The translations under genes and the position numbers were made by a program. The notes under the pieces were generated by a model. That model was given only the letters and a program-made list of their open reading frames with translations. It ran no database searches and was not told the DNA's origin. A DNA stretch of 63,922 bases, the filler included, from an uncultured bacterium (GTDB taxonomy: Bacteria; CAYJOG01): assembly GCA_964371695.1 (NCBI GenBank). It is 9 parts of 9 records of this genome, joined end to end, with 100 filler letters (N's around TTAATTAATTAA, not from the genome) between each part and the next. Parts side by side here need not be neighbours in the genome. Positions count along the whole stretch, not along the records: positions 14,393 to 21,444 come from CAYJOG010000145.1; positions 21,545 to 28,569 come from CAYJOG010000146.1; positions 28,670 to 35,689 come from CAYJOG010000147.1; 6 more parts are not named here. One strand, written 5' to 3'. Shown here piece after piece: positions 20,366 to 28,730 of the stretch; the stretch's first letter is position 1, and every line of letters starts with the position of its first letter.

Positions 20366-20656
20366 GTCATTCCCGCGAAGGCGGGAATCCAGTCAAACAT
20401 AAAAAACACCACATTATTCCCCTCTCCCCTTTACGGGGAGAGGGTGGCCGTAGGCCGGGTAATGGGCGCGGGTTGTCTTTTGGGACTGCGGCAGCATATT
20501 GATTCTGTCAGGCGTGCCCAGCGGCGCGACGGAGTAGGGCGGGTGTCCTCACCCGCCTGAGCGCGAAGCGCGAAACTGCCGGGGTATCCAAAAGCAAAAA
20601 ACCAAATTCCCCTCTCCCCTTTACGGGGAGAGGGTGGCCGTAGGCCGGGTGAGGGG
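20366..20656. repeat. Composite repeat cluster A + [B-D-C] + B upstream of the DUF559 gene
   Basis: A at 20366-20392; identical 45-bp direct repeats at 20416-20460 and 20606-20650; GTAG hairpin at ~20534-20557. Confidence 0.9.
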
Positions 20657-20703
20657 TTTCAAGATAAACCCAAAACCACTGTCTTTTGCTGCAAAATACC
20701 CCC

Positions 20704-21069
20704 ATGGGCCAACGCCCTCCCCATGCACTGGCTTTTTCGCGCCAGCTTCGGCAAGACACCACGGAAGCAGAAAAATACCTGTGGGAGTATTTGCGCAACC
20801 GTCGGGTGTTGGGCGTGAAGTTTCGCCGCCAATATCCGGTGGGAAAATATGTGCTGGATTTTTTCTGTCCGGAGATTGGTCTGGCGGTGGAGATTGATGG
20901 CAGCCAGCATCTTTCTGACGAGGGCCTGACCCACGACCAAAAACGGGATGCGTTTTTGGCTTCGCAGGATATTTTTGTTTTGCGTGTGTTCAACCATGAC
21001 GTGCTGGGAAAAACGGAAGTGGTTCTTCAGGCCATTGCTGCGGAAATTCTTGCCAGGAAGAAGGATTGA
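20704..21069 (+). CDS. DUF559 / Vsr-like restriction-endonuclease-fold protein
   Basis: RQLRQDTTEAEKYLW..LRNRR...KFRRQYPVGKYVLDFFC....LAVEIDGSQH...D.KRD.FL. Confidence 0.92.
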   Translation: MGQRPPHALAFSRQLRQDTTEAEKYLWEYLRNRRVLGVKFRRQYPVGKYVLDFFCPEIGLAVEIDGSQHLSDEGLTHDQKRDAFLASQDIFVLRVFNHDVLGKTEVVLQAIAAEILARKKD

Positions 21070-21080
21070 TTTTGTCTGAA

Positions 21081-21421
21081 CCCCTCACCCGGCTTTCGCG
21101 CTTCGCGCTCAGGCAGGCGGGGACGCCTGCCCTACTGCATCGGCCACCCTCTCCCCGTAAAGGGGAGAGGGTAATGAGGTGAGTTTTTTATTTCAGGCGG
21201 GCGTCCCCGCCCGCTTTCATGAAAAAACGCAGGCGCGATGCCCATCGCTGCTAACTGTTTGCTCAGGAAGGTCGTTTTTACCGCTTCTTTCGATTCCTTC
21301 AAACACCTTTCTTCCCACTGGCGTCACCCCCGCGCAGGCGGGGGTCCAGGTGTTCTTAAGGAAAAAGGTCAAAAACCTTTGTTTTTTGTTTGAACTGGAT
21401 TCCCGCTTTCGCGGGAATGAC
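21081..21421. repeat. Repeat cluster downstream of the DUF559 gene: inverted B carrying a C insert, a C hairpin, and an inverted A pair
   Basis: B reversed at 21081-21171; A at 21323-21349 and 21395-21421. Confidence 0.88.
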
Positions 21422-21561
21422 GGCAGGGTGGCAAAGGTTTGGATNNNNNNNNNNNNNNNNNNNNNNNNNNNNNNNNNNNNNNNNNNNNTTAATTAATTAA
21501 NNNNNNNNNNNNNNNNNNNNNNNNNNNNNNNNNNNNNNNNNNNNATGTTTGCGGGTGGCTC

Positions 21562-21611
21562 TTGACAAAAGGGGCTTCATAAATTAAATTAGCGATGTAT
21601 GTACGTACATC
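21562..21611 (+). promoter_or_regulatory. Sigma70-type promoter and palindromic operator of the TA operon
   Basis: TTGACA(21562)-17 nt-TAAATT(21585); perfect palindrome ATGTACGTACAT at 21599-21610; RBS AAGGAG at 21615. Confidence 0.6.
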
Positions 21612-21625
21612 TAAAAGGAGAAAGA

Positions 21626-21991
21626 ATGTCATACACAAATCCAAAATCGGTTGTTTCGCCCAAAAACCGGCTCGATGATTTAAACGTCCTTTTTGATAAA
21701 GGGCAGGGAGGCTGGTCTCTTGCCCAGTTCACATGGGATGGGGAGGAGGGGTGTCTTGGCTTGCGCTGGAATGGTGACGAAAAGAGTGCAGGGAACCCTC
21801 AATCCAGAAGGCCGACCTGGTTTGTGGTTCCAAAAGAGCTTGCGCCGGCACTGCGCCAAGCGATAAAAAGCATCAAGGCACAGGCGCAATCGGACCTCAT
21901 GGCGGGTTATGCCGGAATGGCCGCTGATACAGGCCGCGAACAGGAAGCCCAGGAATGGTCTGAAAATCTGCTCAAAGATGCCACCGAATGA
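21626..21991 (+). CDS. Putative antitoxin: uncharacterised N-terminal domain plus MazF-binding-type acidic tail
   Basis: ATGA overlap with the toxin gene; C-terminus DLMAGYAGMAADTGREQEAQEWSE resembles tails of PemK/MazF antitoxins. Confidence 0.7.
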   Translation: MSYTNPKSVVSPKNRLDDLNVLFDKGQGGWSLAQFTWDGEEGCLGLRWNGDEKSAGNPQSRRPTWFVVPKELAPALRQAIKSIKAQAQSDLMAGYAGMAADTGREQEAQEWSENLLKDATE

Positions 21992-22314
21992 AGCGTGGTG
22001 AGGTGTGGTGGGTTTCGTTTGACGCATCCCTGGGTGGCGAAATCAAAAAAACACGCCCGGCGGTGATTGTGAGCAACGACGCCGCCAACATGCATCTGAA
22101 CCGTGTGGTGGTAGTGCCGCTTTCCAGTCAGGTGGCCAGAATTTTTCCTGCCGAGGCGTTGGTGAAGATGGGAGAAACCCCCGGCAAGGCCATGGCAGAC
22201 CAGATCATGACGGCAGACAAAAAACGCCTCATTTCAAAAATGGGGATTCTGTCTCATGAAGACATGGCCGGTGTGGAAAACGCCTTGCTGCTGCACCTTG
22301 GCATGAAGCGATGA
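21988..22314 (+). CDS. mazF: PemK/MazF-family toxin
   Basis: MKRGEVWWVSFD...GGEIKKTRPAVIVSND..N......VVPLSS...KAMADQIMTADKKRL. Confidence 0.95.
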   Translation: MKRGEVWWVSFDASLGGEIKKTRPAVIVSNDAANMHLNRVVVVPLSSQVARIFPAEALVKMGETPGKAMADQIMTADKKRLISKMGILSHEDMAGVENALLLHLGMKR

Positions 22315-22340
22315 CCCGACGGGGGGGTGTCAATACCCAG

Positions 22341-22748
22341 TTAGCCCTTCAACTCACCATAACTGCGGCCGGTTTCGGGGGTCTGGCTCACGGGCAGGCC
22401 GCTTGCCTGCCAGCCCGGCTCGCCGGTGTGGGGGTTGCCGCCAAAACCGCAGGCCACGTTGGCCAGTTGGGTGAACCCCGCCGCCTCCAGCCGTTGAATG
22501 GCCATCATGCTGCGGCCCCCTGCGGCGCAGCCCACCAGCAGTTTGGTGTCCGGTGCAAAGTGTTTGGCTGTCACGGCTTCGAAATCGCTGTTGGCCGCCA
22601 TGCCCTCCGGGCCGCGAAACACCACGGGAATGTTCCAGGCCCCGGCAGGGTGTCCGGCGGCGAACTCTTCTTCGGTGCGCACGTCCAGATAGGTGTAGCC
22701 CTCGTGGCACATTTTCTCGTGGGCTTCCTTGGGCAAAAACTCGGTCAT
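22341..22748 (-). CDS. Single-domain rhodanese
   Basis: YLDVRTEEEFAAGHPAGAWNIP; active-site CAAGGRS. Confidence 0.93.
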   Translation of the reverse strand: MTEFLPKEAHEKMCHEGYTYLDVRTEEEFAAGHPAGAWNIPVVFRGPEGMAANSDFEAVTAKHFAPDTKLLVGCAAGGRSMMAIQRLEAAGFTQLANVACGFGGNPHTGEPGWQASGLPVSQTPETGRSYGELKG

Positions 22749-22800
22749 GGGAGGTTCCTTCTTTTTTGATGTGCAGCGGGCGGCTGAAAGTTTTTTCTGA

Positions 22801-22870
22801 GCAGCGGCGACGCCCCCGTCGCCGTATTGGTTTTTCTGGTGTTTGGCGCGACGGGGGCGTCGCGCCTACT
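22801..22870. repeat. Family C inverted REP pair
   Basis: GCGGCGACGCCCCCGTCGCCG ... GGCGCGACGGGGGCGTCGCGCCTACT. Confidence 0.7.
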
Positions 22871-22956
22871 CATTCATAAAAAGCACTCTTATTAAAGGCA
22901 CACATGCTAAAAGCTCTCTGGAAGTTTTAGCCGCCTGGACCCTGTTGCAGAACGGG

Positions 22957-23691
22957 TCAGCCCAGGGGCGGCAGCACCGGCGGGGGTGGGGCCTCACCCA
23001 GCAGCACAATCTGATCCTGCGTGAAGCCCTTGGCCAGCAGAATCTGCCGCACGCTGGTCATCATCTCCTGCGAGCCGCACACCATGGCCATCATGGTGCG
23101 GGCGTTCAACGGCGGCATCTGATAGAGCATGGCCTGCACCCGCGTGGGGGGCGTGCCCTGGTGGGCGCTGTAGGCCAGGTTCAGTTCGATGCCCGCTTTT
23201 TCAAGGGCGGTCCACTGGGGTTTCAGGGCCAGGTGATCGGGCTGTTTCAAGCCGTGTACCCATTGCCAGCCCTCGGTGGGTTTGCCCAGGGTCTGCATGT
23301 GTTTCACCAGCGCCAGAAAAGGCGCGGACCCGGTGCCCATGGTGAGCACCAGCACCTTGCGGCCCCGGATTTCGCGGAAGGGAATGCCGGGGCCCTGGAT
23401 GTCGGACATCTTGAGCGTGGTTTGTCCCCGGGTGATCATGTGGCCCAGGCGGCTTTCGGTCTTGATGAGCACCTGCAGGGTTTTGCTGCTGGGCGGGTTG
23501 AGAAAGGTGAAGAACATGGGGTTGCCATCGTTGCCCTCCACCGCCACATATTGCCCCGGCACGTCATAACCCTTGGTGACATGGGGGGCCTTGAGGGTGA
23601 GCAGGGTCATGACGGCGGTCGCCTTCTGGGCCTTTTGCACCACGGCCTCGGAATAGTCGAACGTTGGGGGGGCAACCTCCGCCACGGCCAT
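22957..23691 (-). CDS. FNR-like FAD/NAD(P)-binding oxidoreductase
   Basis: PGQYV, GPG.P, MGTGSAPF, VCGS..M; start at MAVAE overlaps the upstream stop (TGATG). Confidence 0.7.
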   Translation of the reverse strand: MAVAEVAPPTFDYSEAVVQKAQKATAVMTLLTLKAPHVTKGYDVPGQYVAVEGNDGNPMFFTFLNPPSSKTLQVLIKTESRLGHMITRGQTTLKMSDIQGPGIPFREIRGRKVLVLTMGTGSAPFLALVKHMQTLGKPTEGWQWVHGLKQPDHLALKPQWTALEKAGIELNLAYSAHQGTPPTRVQAMLYQMPPLNARTMMAMVCGSQEMMTSVRQILLAKGFTQDQIVLLGEAPPPPVLPPLG

Positions 23692-24530
23692 CAGTTTTTC
23701 CACAACAACTTCCTTTCCAGCCCTTTCATCACGGCCTTGAATTCGCCAGCCTCGTCGGGATGCGAGGTGGCGATCATTTGCAAATCCAGCAGGGCGCGGG
23801 CATGAAACTCGTGTTTGAGACACAACATGGCCCGTTCGCGGCGCAGTTGCCACGCGTCGGGCGTGAGTTGAAGAATGCGGTTGAGGGCACACAGGGCCGC
23901 GCCCGTGTCGTGCCGTTGCAGGTGCAGAATCTTCAGGTTCTGCAATATCCGCACCAGAATGCTTCGGTTGTCCACGCGGGTGAGGTATTCCTCGTGCAGG
24001 CGCACACGGCCACCGTGCAGGTCGTGGAAAAAATCCTGGCACCGGTGGTGGCTCAGCACCTCGCCCTGGCGGAACGTGTCTACAAAATAAGGATCGTTCT
24101 CACACCGGAACCCCACCATGAAGTGCCCCGGCAGGCCCACGCCATACACATCCAGCCCCACCCGATGGGCCAGTTCGATATAAATCAGCGAAAGCGTCAC
24201 CGGAATGCCCGTGCGCCGCAACAACACCTGGCTCAGACGGCTGTTGCGGGGGTCGTAATAGTCCTGCTGGTTGGGGGTGAAACGCTTGAGGGTGAACAGA
24301 AAATGGTTCAGCAGCCGCACGGCCTCAAAGGGGTCCGCCGGGTTCAGACCCAGGCGGCGCACTTCCTCGCTCATCTCCTGAAAAAGTTCGTGGTGCATGG
24401 CCACGTCCAGCGTGGGGTGAGCATCCAGGTCCAGCAGCAGCGCCCCTTCGGCCAGGGGCAGGACATCCTCATGGAGGGTCAGAAAATCCCCTAGTTTTTT
24501 CTCTGCCAGTATCTGACCCACCGAAAGCAT
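23691..24530 (-). CDS. SirB1-family transglutaminase-like + TPR protein
   Basis: DYYDPRNS.L..VL.RRTGIPVTLSLIY, GVGLPGHF, ILVRILQNLK, RRERA. Confidence 0.9.
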   Translation of the reverse strand: MLSVGQILAEKKLGDFLTLHEDVLPLAEGALLLDLDAHPTLDVAMHHELFQEMSEEVRRLGLNPADPFEAVRLLNHFLFTLKRFTPNQQDYYDPRNSRLSQVLLRRTGIPVTLSLIYIELAHRVGLDVYGVGLPGHFMVGFRCENDPYFVDTFRQGEVLSHHRCQDFFHDLHGGRVRLHEEYLTRVDNRSILVRILQNLKILHLQRHDTGAALCALNRILQLTPDAWQLRRERAMLCLKHEFHARALLDLQMIATSHPDEAGEFKAVMKGLERKLLWKN

Positions 24531-24765
24531 AAGGCAGCTATTTTAGCGCTTTCGAGGGGGCGGGTCCAAAGACTGGCAGGCATGAAAGTGTTATTGATTT
24601 GGCGCAATGCAGCAAAAGGGGCCTGTGATTGCATGATTATGCGAATTTAAAATGGCGTCTGTCAAAAAAGAAACGGTTCTTGTGGATTTTTGAGGGCCTG
24701 TTTTTTATCGCCAGAACAATTCCCAGCTTGCACCGGATGCTTCCTCTTCTTATAGTGGCCAGCCC

Positions 24766-25302
24766 GTGACACACGCGCTGACTCCAGGAACCATTGTTTT
24801 TCACCCCGACCACGGCCACTGCCAAGTGGTGGGCGAGCGCGAAGAAGTGCTGCTGCGGGTGCCCACCCAGGTGATAGAACTGACCACCCTTGGGGAAAGG
24901 CCTGTGTTGTTCCGTGTGCCCCTCACCGAAAAAGGACGCATTCAGCGCCTGCGGCCCCTCACCAGCGCGGCGGATCTGGAAAACGCCCTGCTACTGCTCA
25001 AAGAACCGGCCAGCCAGTGGGAAGCCAACGAAGACACGCGCAAAAAGGCCTATCAGGAAAAGTTCCGGGCCGGACGCATTGAAGACCTGGTGGGAATGTT
25101 GCGGGACGTGAACAAGCTGAAAAATACCGTGGCCATCGGCACGGGAGATCGCAAGGCCATGGACCTGGCCAAAATGCACCTGCTTCTGGAAATGATGCTG
25201 GTGCTGAACCTGACCAAACTCGAAGCCCGCAAACGGGTGGAAGATCTGATGAAACCAGTCAAAAAAGAAAAGGCGAACAGCACGAAGGGGCATAAATCAT
25301 GA
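24766..25302 (+). CDS. CarD-family RNA polymerase-binding protein
   Basis: G..VFHPDHG, RVP......LRPL, W.....R...Y.EK...G. Confidence 0.8.
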   Translation: MTHALTPGTIVFHPDHGHCQVVGEREEVLLRVPTQVIELTTLGERPVLFRVPLTEKGRIQRLRPLTSAADLENALLLLKEPASQWEANEDTRKKAYQEKFRAGRIEDLVGMLRDVNKLKNTVAIGTGDRKAMDLAKMHLLLEMMLVLNLTKLEARKRVEDLMKPVKKEKANSTKGHKS

Positions 25303-25568
25303 GCACCATGCAGACGGCACGGCCAAAACGGGAACGCAAAAAACGCTGGGGCGGGCGTGGCAAACGCCGCACCAATCAGGCCCTCGCGGGGGTAAAAGGC
25401 GAGCTGGACTTCAAAAGCACCGAACTGATGCGCCAGTTCATCAGCCCCGACCGCGGCAAGATTCTGCCCCGCAAACGCACCGCCGCCACCGCCAAACAGC
25501 AACGCAAAGTGGCCCGCGCCGTGCGCCGCGCCCGCCAGATGGGCTACATCCCCTATCACCTGGACTGA
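25299..25568 (+). CDS. rpsR: 30S ribosomal protein S18 (Cys-free form)
   Basis: LDFK..ELMRQFISPDRGKILPRKRT....KQQRKVARAVRRARQMGYIPY. Confidence 0.95.
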   Translation: MSTMQTARPKRERKKRWGGRGKRRTNQALAGVKGELDFKSTELMRQFISPDRGKILPRKRTAATAKQQRKVARAVRRARQMGYIPYHLD

Positions 25569-25675
25569 CTTGCCTGTAGCCCCGGCGTCCCGCCGGGGGC
25601 AAAAAAACCGCCACAGGCGGCGCCCTCACCGCGCCCACTCCCCAAATTTTTATTCACCGACCTGGCAAAGGCCGC

Positions 25676-26230
25676 TCAGTCTTCTGCCTGCTCCAGCCCA
25701 CCGCCCTGGGCCACCAGGGGCACGGGGCGGCGGATGGCTCCTTTGCGGATACGCCTGCGCTGCCACGCCCTCAGCACGGGAAACGCCACGGTGTAGACCA
25801 GCACCGTCAGAAGAAATCCGCAGATGGCCAGTCCCACGCCAAAGGGGGTGAGGTAATCCAGAAAAAACTGGAAATCCCGCGTGTCCATCAGCAGTTGGGG
25901 CTCCAGGCGGTGCAGCAGGGTGCGGGCCTTCATGGGTTTGACGCCCATCAGCCAGCACCCCAACCGGTAACTGGCCAGATAAAACGGTGGAATGGTGTAG
26001 AAGTTGAGAATGGTGACGCTGCTGATGAACGCCAGCCGCCGTTCGCGGCGCACCCAGCCGGCCAGCAGCACCACCACCGCCGCGCCAATGCCCGGTATCA
26101 CCGAAATCAGTGTGCCCCAGGCCAGGGCCAGGGCATTGCCGTGGGGGTCTTCGCTCAGCGCCAGCACCATGTCCTTGAGCCGCAGGGACAGATCGTGAAA
26201 TTTCTTTTTCATTCGTTCTTTCAATTGCAT
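25676..26230 (-). CDS. DUF2062 membrane protein
   Basis: PH..ALALAWG.LISVIP, N.YT.PPFY..SYRLG.WLMG. Confidence 0.8.
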   Translation of the reverse strand: MQLKERMKKKFHDLSLRLKDMVLALSEDPHGNALALAWGTLISVIPGIGAAVVVLLAGWVRRERRLAFISSVTILNFYTIPPFYLASYRLGCWLMGVKPMKARTLLHRLEPQLLMDTRDFQFFLDYLTPFGVGLAICGFLLTVLVYTVAFPVLRAWQRRRIRKGAIRRPVPLVAQGGGLEQAED

Positions 26231-26610
26231 CAGCGTTGTAGCAGCTCTATGCGGTAACCGTCAGGGTCTTCGGCAAAAGCCAGCACCGTGTGGCCGTGCT
26301 GCATGGGGCCCGGTTCGCGCACCACGCGGCCCCCGGCGGCGCGGATGCGGTCGCAGGCGGCATGAATGTCCGCCACCCCCAAGGCGATGTGGCCAAAACC
26401 ATTGCCCAGGTCGTAACTTTCGGTGTCCCAGTTGTGGGTGAGTTCAATCACCGCCTGCTCGTTTTCGGGGCCATAACCCACAAAAGCCAGCGTGAAGCGA
26501 CCACCCGGATAATCCTGACGGCGCAACAGGGTCATGCCCAGCGCCTGGGTGTAAAAGTTAATGGAGCTGTCCAGGTTCCCCACCCGGAGCATGGTGTGCA
26601 GAATTCTCAT
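26230..26610 (-). CDS. gloA: Lactoylglutathione lyase
   Basis: [41 protein letters not shown]. Confidence 0.97.
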   Translation of the reverse strand: MRILHTMLRVGNLDSSINFYTQALGMTLLRRQDYPGGRFTLAFVGYGPENEQAVIELTHNWDTESYDLGNGFGHIALGVADIHAACDRIRAAGGRVVREPGPMQHGHTVLAFAEDPDGYRIELLQR

Positions 26611-26632
26611 GAAGGGATATTAGCCGCAGAGT

Positions 26633-28188
26633 TTATCCCGGCCACAGACCCGCGAAAGACCAGCCCCCAAAGAAAAACCCCGGCTCGTTGCGAAAGGCCC
26701 ACAGGTAACGCCAGACAAAATAAACAAACCCTGTGGCACTGAGGGCATTGAGCACCACAAGGCCCCGCAACAGCCACAGGGGCCAGCGTTCATACACTTT
26801 TCCCAGGCACAACCACAACGCCGGAATCACCACCAGCAGATAACGCCCGCTGGGGGCGTAGATGTCCAGGCTGTTGAGGAAAATCATCAGCAGGCCCAGG
26901 GGCGCACCCAGCACGCTGATGGCCCCCAGGGGCGTTTTCAGCCACTGCCCCGCCCGCAGCGTCAGCCCCCCGCCCCGCGGCCCCCCCCGCCCCAGCCCCC
27001 CACCGGCGCTCCGGCTGAAAACCGGCGCCATGGCCCCGCCAGCGCCGCGCCCCAACCGTCCGGCGGTCCAGANNNNNNNNNNCCCTTGTACAGGGTAAAG
27101 GCCGATACCGCCACACTTTGCACGGTGAGTGTAAAATAGAGATCGTTGATGGTTTGAGTGACCAGCCCCACCAGCCCCCAGCCCAGCGCCACACCCAGCC
27201 CCAGCACACCACCTGCGATCAGGCTGAAAACCGGCGACATGGCCCCGCCTGCGCCGCGCACAAACAGTCCGGCGTTCCAGAAATTGTTGGCGAAATCCTT
27301 GAGGAAAATGAGCAGTTGCGCCGGGTCGGCGGGGTTCAGGCGAGAGGCGGGAATAATGGTTTTGACCAGTGGCGTGGCAAAAGGGTGGCCATAGAGCCAC
27401 TGGTTGCGCAAAAAATACCACCCCCCCCCCAGCATGAGCGCCCCCAGCAGCCACAGACCACGGGAAATAGTGGGCCACACCCCTCGGCGGGGCAGGGCCA
27501 GGATTTCACTCAGCACCACAGCGGGCAGCAGAAACACAAAAAAAGCCTTGCTGCCAAACGAAAACCCCGCCGCCAGACAGGCCCACTTCCAATGGCTGTC
27601 GCCCCGCGCCAGAAAATAAAGAAACATGGCCCCGAAGGCCACCACGCCGGCGTCGTTGTTCACCGTGGCGAAGCTGGCGATGAGAGTGTGCAGCAGCAGC
27701 GTGGCCCCCCACACCTGCACCGCCAGGGGCGGCGGCAGACACAGGGCATAAAGTCTGTAGCAGAAAAAAGCGAAGAGGCCGCCGAACAGCAGAACGCCCC
27801 ACAGCCGCAGCGCCAGCAGGCCGGGACCGTCGGGTTTCCAGGGGTCGGCCACCCTGAAGAAATAACCTGCGGGCGCCAGCAGGGCGTAATACACCGGCGG
27901 CTGGTGGGCCTCGTGGGTTTCGTGCCGGGGGTCGCTTTTCAGCCCCAGTTTGTGGGCATTGGTCATCAGCGGAAAACCCCGCCCCAGGCGCAGCGAATCC
28001 ACATAGGCCATGTGGCCGATTTCGTCATAGGGCAAAAACGGGGCCGTGGCCCGTGCGAAAAGCACCATGAGAAAAAAAAACAGGCCGCCGTAAAGCCACA
28101 GGAACAGCCGGTGATGTCTGGACCAGAAGCGCCCTGGCACAAGGTCATTCGTTGGTGCTGCGTCCGGTTGTGACGGCGGTGAGGACAC
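26633..28188 (-). CDS. GT-C (ArnT/DUF2142-like) membrane glycosyltransferase, interrupted by gap 27073-27082
   Basis: PF..YDE.GH..Y, HEAHQPPVYYALLA, LRL, VNND, and C-terminal GRYLL in a second frame; start uncertain. Confidence 0.75.
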
Positions 28189-28417
28189 CGCCGCTACTCC
28201 GGTTTCGGGTATTCAATCGGGCAAAGGAGCGTCATGGTTTGTACCGATTTTTCTGCTGTTTGGCGCGACGGTGGCGTCGCGCGGATGGCCGATCCGAACA
28301 AGATCATCGAGATCANNNNNNNNNNAACTCCGCCACAGGCGCTTCTTGTTTTCAACGTTTTTTTCTGTGTTGTGGGGCCCGGGGGGGGCCGCCCCTACTC
28401 CATTTTTTAGACGGTAA

Positions 28418-28569
28418 TTAAAACATGTGGCCGATGCCGAAGTGGAACTGGGCGCTGTTGTCGTCCAGGTTCTGGGCGTAGTCCAGACGCACCGGCCCCA
28501 CACCAAAGGCGGGAATCTTGAAACGTATGCCCAGGCCCACCGAGCTGTGCAGGTTGTCCAGGCCAATTT
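28418..28569 (-). CDS. C-terminal fragment of an Omp85 (BamA/TamA) protein
   Basis: Own translation: SSVGLGIRFKIPAFGVGPVRLDYA...QFHFGIGHMF* with terminal Phe beta-signal. Confidence 0.85.
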
Positions 28570-28669
28570 NNNNNNNNNNNNNNNNNNNNNNNNNNNNNNN
28601 NNNNNNNNNNNNNTTAATTAATTAANNNNNNNNNNNNNNNNNNNNNNNNNNNNNNNNNNNNNNNNNNNN

Positions 28670-28730
28670 GTATTTATTCCCGCCCACGGCGGTCTCAAAA
28701 GTCCAGGACGGACTTTTGAGACAAGTCCTA
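28670..28730. mobile_element. Right end of a family E MITE at the contig start
   Basis: ATTTATTCCCG.CCACGGCGG...hairpin...GAGACAAGTCC-TA matches 33053-33112. Confidence 0.7.

Noticed and set aside
20416-20650. Identical 45-bp direct repeats as a possible CRISPR array
   Set aside because: Only two units with a 145-nt spacer that is itself a dispersed repeat; no cas genes in the window.
24628-24646. Possible Zur/Fur-like palindrome GCATGATTATGC upstream of carD-rpsR
   Set aside because: Too short and imperfect to support without a lineage-specific motif.
26985-27281. Diverged ~80-bp duplicate in the GT-C gene with mostly A-to-C differences, resembling a DGR template/variable repeat pair
   Set aside because: The degenerate copy ends exactly at a 10-N gap, changes are nearly all to C as in poor read tails, and no reverse transcriptase is present; raw reads would settle it.
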